64,000 nt of DNA from Octopus vulgaris (taxonomy: Eukaryota). The DNA lies in contig OX597830.1 in the NCBI GenBank assembly GCA_951406725.2, forward strand, positions 58,466,001-58,530,000. The letters are read 5' to 3'. Position numbers and translations under genes: made by a program. Shown one piece after another: positions 41,642-53,413 of this stretch (position 1 is its first letter; the number at the start of each line of letters is the position of its first letter). The notes beneath the pieces were generated by a model, which had not been told where the DNA came from, did not search any database, and saw only the letters and a program-made list of their open reading frames with translations.

Positions 41642-43326
41642 GACTGGCTTCTTTCAGTTTCCATCTACCAAATCTACTCACACGGCTTTGGTTGGCTATA
41701 GTAGAAGCCATTTGCCCAAGGTGCCACGCAGTGGGACTGAAACCGGAACCATGTGGTTAGTAAGCAAGCTACTTACCACACACCCCCTCCTACACCTCTA
41801 TATTCATGGGTTTATGTGTTTCCTTGTCTTGACATTGTGTAATGTAAATGCATTAATATTCTGCAAAAACATGCCTGACCATGGGGAAATATTACCTTGC
41901 TTGGGAACAGGGGAGGATTGGTGACAGGAAGGGCATCCAGCCAGAGAAAATTTATCTCCGGGAAATATGGAGTGGATGTTAAGAGGAGGAGGAAGACCAT
42001 TTTAAAATTGCCAGGTTTAAATCACAGAACTAGAGACGATATCAGGCAGATTGGTAGCAAATGATTTAACGATCTAAATCCAAATATTGGAATTTTGCAC
42101 ATTTCAATCTTAAGACACCTTTTTGTTATGAAGGAAATTGAAGAAGAATGGTAAAAGCCAACGGAATGTATGTGATAAGTAACAAATTCATGACACTATC
42201 GAGTCAGGTTTATAAATTTGGTGCTACGACTAGTTGAATGGTTCTTTAAATGTAGCAAACATGCAACATTTGTTATCAAAAGAAACCATTTTCCACACAC
42301 TGTAGCTACTACCACTGTAGCTACTAACATCTTTCAAACTACTTTAATTTTTTTCTTTAAAGCTAAAATATGTTTCTCTTTGGGCATCACATGCAAGTTT
42401 CAAACAAGATTCCATATTGTCAAGATTTGTCTATTGCTTTCTAGGACATGTGTACATCTACCAGATAAGTATTGTCTTTTATCTTTTACGTGTTTCACTC
42501 ATTGGACAGCAGCCATGCTGGGGTTCCACCTTCAAGGGCTTAGTCAAACAAATTGTAAATGTTTTTAATGCTGGTACTTATTTATTGGTCTCTTTTCAAA
42601 CTTCTAAGTTACAGGAATGTAAACAAACCAACACTGGTTATGAAGCAGTGGTGAGGAACAAGCACAAAGAAGTATACAGATATATATGACAGGCTTCTTT
42701 CAGTTTCCATCTATCAAATCCACTCACAAGGCTTTGGTCAGCTCAATTTTATAGAAGATGCTTGCCCAAGGTGACATGCAGTGGGAGTGAACCTGGAACC
42801 ATGTAGATGGGAAGCAAACTTTTTAACCACACGGCTAGGCAGAACTTTGAAAACCATAAGCTTTAATGTTCTCTTATTCGTTACAGCTGACAAACTTGCA
42901 AACTTTATTTCGTGATTAATGTTTGCCTGGGAAAGTACATATTGTTTAAGATAAAATATATAAGCATGGCTTGATACTATCAGGGCTAAGGTAAACCTAG
43001 AAAACCTGGAATAAAATAGAAGGCAAGGAGTGATGAAGCCAATTTTAGGTAGCTGATAAGAAGCAGTAACCTACAAATATAAAAAGGAATGAAGATAAAA
43101 AAAACTGAAGTGCTTCTAGTTTAAAACAGGAAAAAGATAATCATTTTTTTTTTCATACTCATATTACTGAAGATTTATCAACGGGCATTTAGTAGTCACT
43201 GAAATAGCGTAACATATTAAATGAAGAGTTATTTAAACAGGCTATGATATTATACTTTATATGCAGAGCAAGTAATTGTGCTATTTTGTTTGTTCCCTCT
43301 CATGGATGTGTGTATGTAATATAAAT

Positions 43327-43567
43327 CAAAACAGGAAATTGGAAAAATTCATTTACCATTACATGTGTTTCATTTGCTAATAGGAGTCACAAAATTATAC
43401 ATGTAGAAAACCCGCAAGATATCTCGTATCAGAAATTCTTCTCACAGAGAATCAAATATTTCACAAGTATTCTATCACGTGTACAATTTTGTTAACTCCT
43501 ACTAGCAAATGAAACACATGTAATGATGAATAGATAATACCCAAAAATTGTCCAATCTCCTGTTTTG
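43327..43567. repeat. Fold-back element (~85-100-nt arms)
   Basis: CATTACATGTGTTTCATTTGCTA vs TAGCAAATGAAACACATGTAATG, and CAAAACAGGA vs TCCTGTTTTG. Confidence 0.85.
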
Positions 43568-43799
43568 TTATTACTATGCAGAAGATGTTTTCCAGTAGTT
43601 TGCAAGTCTTATGCCTACCTCACACAAATATGACATAGACATACAGACTTGGATTACTGAAATAAGCTGTGCTTCAAGAGGACACAGCTTAGATCTTAAC
43701 CCTATCAAAGAAAATAGGAAGTTGGAAAAATTCTTTGGTATTAGTCACCATTACATATTTCATTTTCATAGTGTGTGTGTGTGTGTGTGTGTATGTGTG

Positions 43800-43849
<50 letters not shown>

Positions 43850-43853
<4 letters not shown>

Positions 43854-44650
43854 GTAACAATAATTTTTTTTATGGAATTTACAAACATGTTAATGTATCA
43901 CTACATGTGTTTCCACAAACAGAATGTCTCTAAAGATCACAATCCATGTTCCTGGGATGATTACAGTGTAGTCCGTAGTCTCCGTGGCCATGGGGTTGAT
44001 CATCTTTATGGATTCATTTCTTCAGGCAATATAACATTAATGGATGTTCAACAGAGGGATGCTTGTCCCTTCTAACCAGTGCAAAGGTTGGCTGGGGTAT
44101 GTAGGCATTTCTGGGTGTATTAGGTGGAGAGAAGGGAGAGGTAATGGAAAGAGAGGAGGAAATAGTAGTCTCTATGGGTAAGGAGGTGCGTGTGGTGGTG
44201 ATGGACTTAATTAGTTATTCATTCAGCAGATGTCAATGATGGGTCGCCAACAGTAGTGGTGACCATACCAGCTGACCTGGTATGAGAATGTGGTACCCAG
44301 ACTGAATAGCAGAATAAATGCAACATCACCACACACACCTCCATCCCCATAGAGACTACCATTCCTTCCACTCTTTTAATCCCCTTCCCCTCCTCTCAAC
44401 CAAATACACAGAAATACCCACACACCTCAAAAGTGATAAACAACCCTCAGTTAAACATCTATTAATGCTGTATCACCTGAAGAAATGAATCCATGAAGAT
44501 GGTCAACCCGATACCCACGGATACTATTGACTACATTGTATTCATCGCAGCAATATGGACCGTGATCTTAAGAGACATGATGTGCGCAAACGCGCATAAT
44601 AATAATGCACTGTATTTTAGTTTATAGATTCCATCCAAAGATTACTATTA
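43850..44650. repeat. Long diverged inverted repeat (~360-nt arms, ~75-nt spacer)
   Basis: For example ATGGATTCATTTCTTCAGG vs CCTGAAGAAATGAATCCAT, and GTAGTCTCTATGGG vs CCCATAGAGACTAC. Starts directly after a (GT)(AT)(GA) compound microsatellite. Confidence 0.88.
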
Positions 44651-47600
44651 TCATATTTCTCCTACATTATATCAGTACAGCTCGATGCAACCCCATAAAA
44701 CTGGTTCACCAGTCAGCGTCATTAGATTGTGGCTGGCATAAGGGAATAGGGGCTTCATTTGCATATTCAAAACGTTTCCCATAAACAAATTTAAAAGATG
44801 TGTGTGTGTGTCGTGCTGGTGGCACATAAACAGCACCCACTACAGTCTCGGAGTGGTTGGCGTTAGGAAGGGCATCCAGCTGTAGAAACATTGCCAGATC
44901 AGACTGGAGCCTGGTGCAGCCTTCTGGCTTGCCAGCCCTGGTCTAACCGTCCAACCCATGACAGCCTGGACAACGGATGCTAAACGATGATATATATATA
45001 TATATATCGATTCAATAAGATTAATTAAGATGGACAGGTAAATGAAAATGTCCTGTCATCGCACATGAAAACTGAACGCTTGTCTTCATCAGCAGGCATC
45101 TGGTAGGACGAATGAAATAAATCTCGATTAAGCAAAACAGCAGTAAAGCCATCCCCATCTTAATTCTCATTTCTCATATATTATAAATCCGTAATCCTTT
45201 CTTTTTACCCTTTAATTCCTATATTACTCATCAATGCATTCTGTATAAAGAAAAACAATTTTTCTGCAGTGTATCAGCTTCGCAACCATTGATGAAGGTA
45301 TCAACATCAATTTAATTATATATATATATAAAGCGTAAGAGCAATTCTAAACACAGATTACGTTTATTGGTAATAAATATAGTAATTCTAAGAGCAGGAT
45401 ACTTGAAATCTATCCTAGTACTTATTTCATTAAAACTCCATTCGCATTTTGATGTACAAGAACGGAGGATTGATCAAAGAAAGGCATTTAGTCGAGGGCT
45501 TTTAGTGTTTCCGATATCATCAACATAGTTTTTACTTTAATCATCGATCGTACTGACCTCCACCACAGACCGATTCCAGAACGACGGAAGACAGCAATCA
45601 ATTTCTACAAAAATCCGAACCCAAAACTGCAGATTGTTTATCGCTACTAATTCGACTTTGCACTCTCAATGAATATAATTTCTCATATTGCCACAAAGAA
45701 ATGTGCAGGCAATTGAATTAACCCCAACAGATGACTGGTACTTAGAGATGCAGTCGAAATGAACGGTAATATTGGGGACCCCGTTGCATATAAATACGAA
45801 ACTAAATTCCCTTTAGTCATGTATTATACCGTTTTTGGTTAATTCAAAAGCATGCAGACAAAAAAAAACCCCTCAGATCACCCCACTTGCCCCCAGAAAT
45901 ATATTCTTACGTATTGTCTACATCCGAAAAGGATCTATAAGTGTGTGTGTGATCGGATGTTCTTTTCTTTCATTAAAAGGGGAGAGATACTTAGAGATCA
46001 CATATGCTATGAGACAGAATAAATTATTGATTAATATAGTAAGTATATTATAATCATGAGGGGAAAAAAAGAGAAATAATTATCTATTTGACTGCATAAA
46101 CAATTATTCATTTTGCCGAGCAGAATAATTGTCTGATGCCAACATCCAGCAGACATTATTATTATTAAGGGACACCAACCATTGATGAAGCAACAGAGTT
46201 TTAGCAAAACGTTCTGGTTTTTAATTATAGGTTTTTTGGGGTTTTTTTCAGGTACGAAAACAGACATTTTCAATTGCAAAATGTTTATTTTCTGCGTAAA
46301 ATAACGATCGTAACAATCCAATATTGAGTTGGAGTATCGATATCGAAGTGCTGAAAGAGAACCGTTAATATAAGAGAGAGAGAGAGAGACTAGCAGCAGA
46401 ATATTATTAAAGAAGATGATATTTTTCAAGTCGAGAAAGAAGTGAAATGTCCGAATGACATATGCAACAAACTGCTGGCTGAATATGAGTCATCATCTCA
46501 TACTGCAGTCTTACAAAGCTTCATCGTCAACAACAACAACAACAATCATCATCATCGTCGTCGTCTACCTTGTGCATATTTATTTAAAGAACTTGCAGGC
46601 GGAGGAGGAGGGGGTCGTCTCCGACTGCAACAATCAGTGCAGCGGATGGAGGGGGGCGGGGCGGGCGATATATTATTACGAGGAGTTGATGATAAAAGAT
46701 ATAAAACAGTCATAGATTTTGCCAGTCTATCATCGATGGAGTTAATATATTTCATTTGATTCCAGTTGTTTGTTTCAGAGTGAACTAATGTGATCGGACA
46801 TTTAATAAACCCAAATGACATTCTAAAATAATAATAATAATAATAATAATGGTGGTGGTGGTCATAGGATATTCAATTCAATAACTTGTGCTCCAATGAA
46901 CAAGGAAATAATTTAACCTTCGACTCATTGGAGCGAACAAGATGGTCACAGCAGATTGAATTCTAAATGCATCAGCTCACATTTGAGCAACAGATTCAAA
47001 TATGTTGAATTTAAATAAAGCCTTTAAAAAATGCCTTGACACTTAAAACTGTTGCTGTATTTTGTTAAGTAATTTTACTATCATTTCAATGCCAAGTAAA
47101 TTTGAAATACCTCAGCGACATCAGACACACATTATATATGTGTGTGTTACATAGATATAAATGGGGGGTTTTTTTAGCACTGTTAGATTTTAAGACGCAA
47201 AAATTTATCTAAAGATAAGGAGAAAATGTGTTCGGTATGTGTTGTAAAGAGAAAAAATGGCAACAGTTATCTGTGAGAAGTGCAACATCCAGATGGGCAG
47301 AGTGAGAAACATGGATGAGGTGAAGATGGTGGGGCGAGGAAGTAAAAACGGAACACATTAGAGATTACAAGACGATCACAACAACAACAGCAAGAAGCAA
47401 GAGATATCAATAGATATAAAGAGGGGGGTGGATGTGAGAAGAGATGATATCAGGGTACCAGACAGGAGAATTTAGAAAAGAGCAGCAGCAGCAGCGATAT
47501 TATATCTGCTGCATTCTATGTATAGAGCACTTGCAGTGGTAGAGTCGACCAACAATTGCACAAACAACTGCTTCACAATGCATTCTGCAATACAGACAGC

Positions 47601-48274
47601 AGGCAGAAGAAGAAGAAGAATTATGACAAATCGAAAATCTATTTATTGGAAAAGGGCGGGGGGGGGGGGGGCGGGGGTAGAAACGGCTGGGCTTCTTTTT
47701 TTTTTTTTTAATGATCCTAAAAGAAATCAAATCATTTCCATTTGCCCTACCCCTCCCCTCTTACTAATTTTAATATCAATCATTGTTTACACAAAAGCTC
47801 AAAAATAAATAATTATTACAGTAGTCGTAACAGTGTTTGGTGGTGGTGGTGGTAGTGATAGTAGCAGCAGCAATTTAGTCATCCTTGGAGTAAATCGTTT
47901 GCATAAAGACATTCCGACACTGAAAGCTATGAATGACTAACTTCACCCCGACACAAAACAAAAGAACACGTAAAGCAAAACGGTATTTCAACACCTCAAC
48001 TGTTACCAGTCTACCATCCGGGGTAGCAAGTGTTGCTATTATTATTATTGTTATTTTTTTAACTCCCTAAACGTGAAAAAAATTAAAGCTTGCAGATATT
48101 TTCTAAGTAATATACACAACATATTGCACTATTTAATGTCTGGAGCATAGCTTAATGATGGGGGTGGGGGGTGGAACTGTTCACCCTATTCAGGGTAGAA
48201 ATGGGCGGGGAGAGGAAATAAATAAATAAAACCTAAAATGGTGAAACCAGAAGTAATAAAAGGAAAGTGCTTAC

Positions 48275-48451
48275 CTTGAAGTTACTGCTGTTCACCCATG
48301 CAACCAAGCCATTGATGAATTGGTCAATATCCTCGCAATCTAAAGATGCTCCGGGGTCACTTAGATAGGACACAAGTTCGGAATGAACCTGAGTCCGACT
48401 CCTTGTATCCTGGGTTACGACATTGCGCATAAAAGTATCCAAAGATGCCAT
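48275..48451 (-). CDS. CLASP: CLASP (CLIP-associating protein) first coding exon, N-terminal TOG1 domain
   Basis: GCC-ATG-G Kozak start at 48451. 59 codons, MASLDTFMRNVVTQDTRSRTQVHSELVSYLSDPGASLDCEDIDQFINGLVAWVNSSNFK, ending at an AAG|GTAAG donor (phase 0). Matches the CLASP1 N-terminus as I recall it (…GLATSWVNSSNYK). Confidence 0.93.
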
Positions 48452-48749
48452 GGCCAAGTTGTTGGATATCTCTGCTTCAATGGGGCTTTTAGATTTTAGT
48501 TTTAAGGTTTTCAATTTCTTGTATTACTGGTGGTTTGTTTGGTCCTGGTATACTCGTTCAACGGTTACAGTTGTTGGAACTGCTACATAGAGTTACAACA
48601 TCAAATTTGCGGACGGCAAAGCAGCACAAAGAAGGAACTGTGACGGACCAAGTACAGAGTAGATGGGGCAAGACAGAGTACTAGTGTTCCTTAATTCAAC
48701 AAAGGTTCAGATATAATGGCAGGGATGATGGCTGATGTTGCTGTTCGCT
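48452..48749 (-). other. CLASP: 5' UTR portion of the CLASP start exon
   Basis: Strong acceptor TTTATTTTCTTCCCCGTTTCAG| at 48750-48771 on the minus strand. Confidence 0.6.
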
Positions 48750-49000
48750 CTGAAACGGGGAAGAAAATAAACATATATATATATAAATATAAACATCGAA
48801 GTGATTCAGCTGTTCGCCGAAAATATTATAATGACAACAGGTATCCATTATAATAAAGGTGAGGAGAAGATCATGGCATTAGAGTTGGTGAGGATAAGGA
48901 AAAGGTGTAAGATGAATTGTTAAAGGAACGGAGGGAGTTGTTGATGGTAGCATCTCTCTCTTCAGATGTCAGCCGTGTTCTTCTTCTTCTTCTTGTTGTC

Positions 49001-49030
49001 TGCGTCAGAGAGCAGCCATATATGGCCGAC
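49001..49030. promoter_or_regulatory. CRE half-site plus CArG box (SRF/YY1-type), copy 1
   Basis: TGCGTCA at 49001-49007. CCATATATGG at 49016-49025, within AGCCATATATGGCCGAC. Confidence 0.55.
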
Positions 49031-49220
49031 GAAAGTCGGTGGAGACAAGAGAAACGGATGGAGACGGAGAGAGACAGACACACCACACCACTCTCTGTTA
49101 TGCAAGGCAGTCTTGGCTGTTGGACATTGTAAGGACACAGCAAATACGGAGAGTTGCCGGTTTTTTGTTTTGGAAGAGTGAGAGAAGGTGCATCGGAGGA
49201 GGCGAAAGGATGTCTCTTCC

Positions 49221-49249
49221 TACGTCATTGCAAGCCATATATGGCCGAC
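49221..49249. promoter_or_regulatory. CRE half-site plus CArG box (SRF/YY1-type), copy 2
   Basis: TACGTCA at 49221-49227. CCATATATGG at 49235-49244, within the identical 17-mer AGCCATATATGGCCGAC. Confidence 0.55.
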
Positions 49250-49610
49250 ACAGGCGAAAAGCCGCCGAGGCTGGCGACTCGTCCTCCACAGGGATAAAGG
49301 AACAATAGTCACGAATAATGTAAACATACGCATACAACAATTACAAAAAAACAAAGAGACAACTCTTTCTCCAATCCTTTCTGGTGGAATGATCCAGAAA
49401 ATAAACGAAAGAAATTCGGCCAAAAGAAGAATCAGTCATCACTGAACAAGTATCGCTTTTTTTAGATGTAAAGAAGCTGCAATAGAAACAATAAAAACAA
49501 CCATGATAATAATTATTATAGCAGCATTAAATATCCTAAATATATTCAGGTAATTCTTCTGAATAGAACGTGAATTTGTCTGCTGAAATGATTGAATAAC
49601 AACAATTTAC

Positions 49611-49790
49611 CTCAGGAGTCGGATCAGCCATCATGGATTGGAAAGTGATTAATGCCAACTCACGTCGAATCTCGTTCAACATCTCGTTTCGCTCTCTCTC
49701 CCTCCCTCTTTCTTCCTCCCTCTCTCTCTCTCTCTCTCTTTAATTGCTTCATTAACATTGTTCTTCTTCTTCTTCTTCTCCAGTCTTGCA
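49611..49790 (-). other. Putative upstream first exon of CLASP (5' end uncertain)
   Basis: GAG|GTAAAT donor at 49610, a GA-rich tract, and an in-exon ATG ATG GCT GAT CCG ACT CCT GAG. Confidence 0.4.
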
Positions 49791-50390
49791 ATGAGATTCT
49801 AATTAAGAGAAAAGGGCAATTTTATTTTTAGTAACTAGAAATATCCAGGCTCCAACAGACGAAACATATTCTCGATGTTTCAGATTGAAATTAACCTAAA
49901 AAATATTCTGAAGGGAAAATTTTTGTTTCTTTAATTCTTCGAAGCAAAACATTTTAGAATATAAATATTTTATTTACCAAAATATCTTGCATAGAGTCTG
50001 GCTACAATTTCGTTTCTTTGGGAAAGGCATGAGTGCTGCAACGCTTTCTTTTTCCATTAATGTAAAAAATTGAAATTTTAATGCTTGTTAAAAATAAATA
50101 AAATTTAACTTCACAAAGAAATCTGCGGCTTCTGCCAGGAACGGTTTCCTTCTTTTAAAAGTAATATCGAGGAATAATTTATGTAACTTTTTACTTATGA
50201 CATGAAATACTGTCTCAACGGGTAATGGTAAATTCTCAGCAATATTTATTATTCTTAAACAGAATATTTGTTGCTTTTAATTTCTTTGAAGATTCTTTAA
50301 AAAACAAAAAAAAAAAAAACACACCTTAGAAAGATTTATAAACTCTTTTGTGCCTTTAATATACGTAAAAGTAAATGTATGCCTGTTCCT

Positions 50391-50869
50391 ACTAGTAAGC
50401 CCTACGTAAGTAGATGTAATAGGGGCGCCCTTATTAAGGAGGTCATGGGACACTAACTTTTTCTGAAAATTGTTATTTTTAAATTTCGGCTGAGGAAAAA
50501 AATAGGAATATTGTATAACCCCGAGTACCGCAACAAGTACTGTGTTTATTGATCTGGGAAATAATTAATTTTGAGAAATGATCTAAAGTGATATTTTATG
50601 AAGAATAACGCTTTTTCATTTTCGAGAAAATTGATAAAATGTAAGCAAAATGTTCATATTTAGGCTGTATATTTTTTTGCGCATTTCTATGAAGCTTAAT
50701 TTCAACGATCTTTTGGATAGGTTGGCAGCTACAATTCTAAGAAAATGAAAATTCCCGGACGAACTGAATATTGTCAGCACTTTTTTTAAAGCAATTTATT
50801 TAAAATATAATGAACTATATTTATTTTAGATATTAATAATCTTGGGCAAGGCCGGGTACAGCCGCTAGT
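50391..50869 (+). mobile_element. Possible non-autonomous Helitron-like element
   Basis: Ends in a GC-rich subterminal motif GGGCAAGGCCGGGTACAGCCG followed by CTAG-T. The 5' boundary (ACTAGT…) is a guess. Confidence 0.35.
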
Positions 50870-51712
50870 CCTCCGTTATTCTTAGTCACACAGAAAATGC
50901 TACCATAAGCCTAATAGCAAAAGGGGACAAAGATAAGAAAGTTGATATTGTTCTTTGCAACTGTAAACTGGTGTATTATTTTATATTCTTAAAGTAGGAA
51001 ATGATGCACATACGTCCTGTAAACAAACTTTCTTGATATAAGACGTAAAAAAAAAAAAACGGAGAAAAGACATAATATCAATGGAAAGGTGACCTGGGTT
51101 AACCGACAATTTAATTTGTTTAGAAATTGCTTTCTAAAAAGTAGATAGCTCGAGCTAATTAAAAACTACGTTGAAATAGGAGGTGTAGTAAATGAGTATA
51201 AAGTTACTACAAACAGTCTCGAATAAACTAGCAGTACGAATTGTTTATGCTATACGCTTCGAATATTCAGTGGGGCCCGCGCTAAATACTCTAGCTTTCG
51301 GTTTTCGCTCTAAGTTCAAATGCCGCTAAGGACGACTTCCCTTTTCGTCCTTTCGAGGTCGATAAAATAAGTACTAGTTGAACACTGGCGTCGAATTGCT
51401 GGCCTTGTGCCAAAATTTAAAGCTATTTTATATATTCAACCTTCAACGACTGGGTGCTTGAGGGTGAGCCAGTGCACGGAAGGCGGGTGTCAGATACTGA
51501 AAATAATCCCGCGATCGAATACACTTTAAATTAAAACGAATTGCAACTAGTAAACTGAATTGCAACGATAAATTAATAAACTTTTATCGAATATTAATTA
51601 TTCGACTTTCTGTTTCGATTTGATCTCATTTAATAATTCAGAATCAGTTTACTATTTATATTTTACGAACACCTAAGTGACAACCTAACCCCCATTATAT
51701 TAAATCGGGATA

Positions 51713-51928
51713 GGCGTCGAGCTGGCAGAAAGGTTAGCACGCCGGGCGAAATGCTTAGCGGTATTTCGTCCGCTTCTGCGTTCGGAGTTCAAATTCCGCC
51801 TTTCATCCTTTCGGGGTCGATAAATTAAGTACCAGTTATGCACTGGGGTCGATGTAATCGACTTAATCCGTTTGTCTGTACTTGTTTGTCCCCTCTATGT
51901 TTAGCCCCTTGTGGGTAGTAATGAAATC
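51713..51928 (+). mobile_element. tRNA-derived SINE with a Nin/Deu-like central domain, family C
   Basis: GAGTTCAAATTCC B-box, then GCCTTTCATCCTTTCGGGGTCGATAAATTAAGTACCAG. Other copies at ~1400-1590(-), 27505-27700(+), 36070-36270(-), 51270-51420(+), 59480-59690(-), 59705-59920(-) and 61130-61290(+). Confidence 0.8.
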
Positions 51929-53413
51929 TATATTAAATCGGGATTTTTAAATAGCTCTGAAACCTTTTGTTGTATAGTTTTCTTCAACTTTACACCGTTC
52001 AGGAAAATTAATACAATTTCGGTTAATAGTCATATTTTTAACGATGAACTGCAAAGAATTTAAATCATATTAGTTCATTAGGAGATAAATATATAAACTT
52101 CTGCATTTTACATGTCGCTTAAGTGACAATGTTCTGTCTCTCATGAATTTGCACCCTGTGGTAGGTCTTAAGTCTTTTTAGTTGCAGCTCCAAGGCATGG
52201 TCTAAAACAATATCCAGAAGATGCCTACCCATTTAAATTTGCTTAAAATCTTATTGCTTCCAAGCCATGTCTTCTAGGGCTAACTTAAATTTCTCAACAC
52301 AGATAATTACAAGGCTTTATGTAAAATAATACAGAGGGAAACCTATGTATTCGTGTCAGCTACCCACAACTCATCTGTGATAACTGAGCTATATACATCG
52401 GTCCTTCAAATATGCAGTTGTTTCCATATATAAGAATATAATAAATTGATGAAAAAGGTTGACTATTATTTAGAGCCAACACGCTGGCTGCCAAATCAAC
52501 GTTTCATTATCATCGAAGACCTATTTTGGTGAATGCCTGTCCTCAGCTGCAAAACCAAGATCATAACCTTCAGCTTCCTTCTTTGCAACTAGGAAATACT
52601 TTAACCGAAACAACTTCTAACGTTCTGCAAAGCTCATATTTTGCACAATGGAGCATTGGTGTTCTCATATATGGGATGGTGCTGCCAGATTGTCATCATC
52701 ATCATTTAACATCTGTGGTCCATGCTGGCATGGGTTGACCTGTTTGACCAGAGCTGGTAAGCAAGGAAACTGCACCAGACACCAGTGTGACTTGGCATGG
52801 TTTCTACGGCTGGATGCCCTTCCTAATGCCAACCACTTTACAGAGTGGTTAAAAAGGCCACCCAGCTGATTGGCTTGAAGTTACTCACCCATACAAATAC
52901 TGTCCCCTTTCTCTGCTTTCTCTACTGCTACTACCACTTTTGCTCCTTGGAGCCGGCTACTCTCTCATCACTTTCATTCTAGTTTGCTCTTGACTCACTT
53001 TCCTCGCCTTAGCCACTACCACCACCACCATCACTACTTCAAGACTCATTCTTATCACTGTACCCAGTCCTTCTCTACCAGATCCCAGTCCTTCTGGAAG
53101 TCACCCTGCCTATGTTTATCTGCTGCTGTCAACTTGTAACTATTTCAGAGTAACATAAACTGTGTGGCTCTGATTGGTTTCAGAATGTCTTTCTTATATT
53201 TAGACAAGAAGATGGGGATCTGTCAATAACATTTAAATACATTTAAAAAAAAAAAAGGGAGCAAAGAGAGCATATCAGAATGCTCTACAGAGGAAGGGAG
53301 CAGATCTTTTAGACATAAAGGAGCAAAATATGAGTTTGTTGGCTTGCAAAATTTCATCAACAAAGAAATGTCCGTGCTAGCATGCAGTCTACTGCAGCAT
53401 CTATAGTCTAGAC

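Larger units (their letters stand above)
1187..48274 (-). other. CLASP: CLASP intron (47,088 nt, GT-AG, phase 0)
   Basis: Bounded by the donor and acceptor of the two exons above. No intervening CLASP-like coding exon is needed to keep the protein colinear. Confidence 0.85.
48750..50250. promoter_or_regulatory. CpG-rich, transposon-free promoter region of CLASP, possibly bidirectional
   Basis: Unique sequence with many CpGs, GA/CT tracts and CArG/CRE motifs, immediately upstream of the CLASP start exon. Confidence 0.55.

Noticed and set aside
45045-45102. Minus-strand CTGATGA with CCTG/CAGG closure next to a TA tract
   Set aside because: No GAAA at the required position, so it is too degenerate to call a hammerhead.
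46442-47808. ORFs with poly-N/H/R/G/P runs near the CLASP start
   Set aside because: Low-complexity trinucleotide tracts in promoter-proximal intron, with no homology or splice support.
1187-48274. U4atac snRNA in the intron orthologous to the human RNU4ATAC host intron
   Set aside because: No match by eye to the U4atac 5' end plus k-turn and Sm site. The closest string (TTCTTGTCTTGGGTGG at ~13926) looks SINE-derived. A covariance search would be needed to exclude it fully.
48452-48514. N-terminal extension MKTLKLKSKSPIEAEISNNLA of the track ORF 48233-48514
   Set aside because: It starts at a TTG. CLASP homology and the Kozak context both begin at the ATG at 48451, and the ORF's C-terminal tail is intron read-through.
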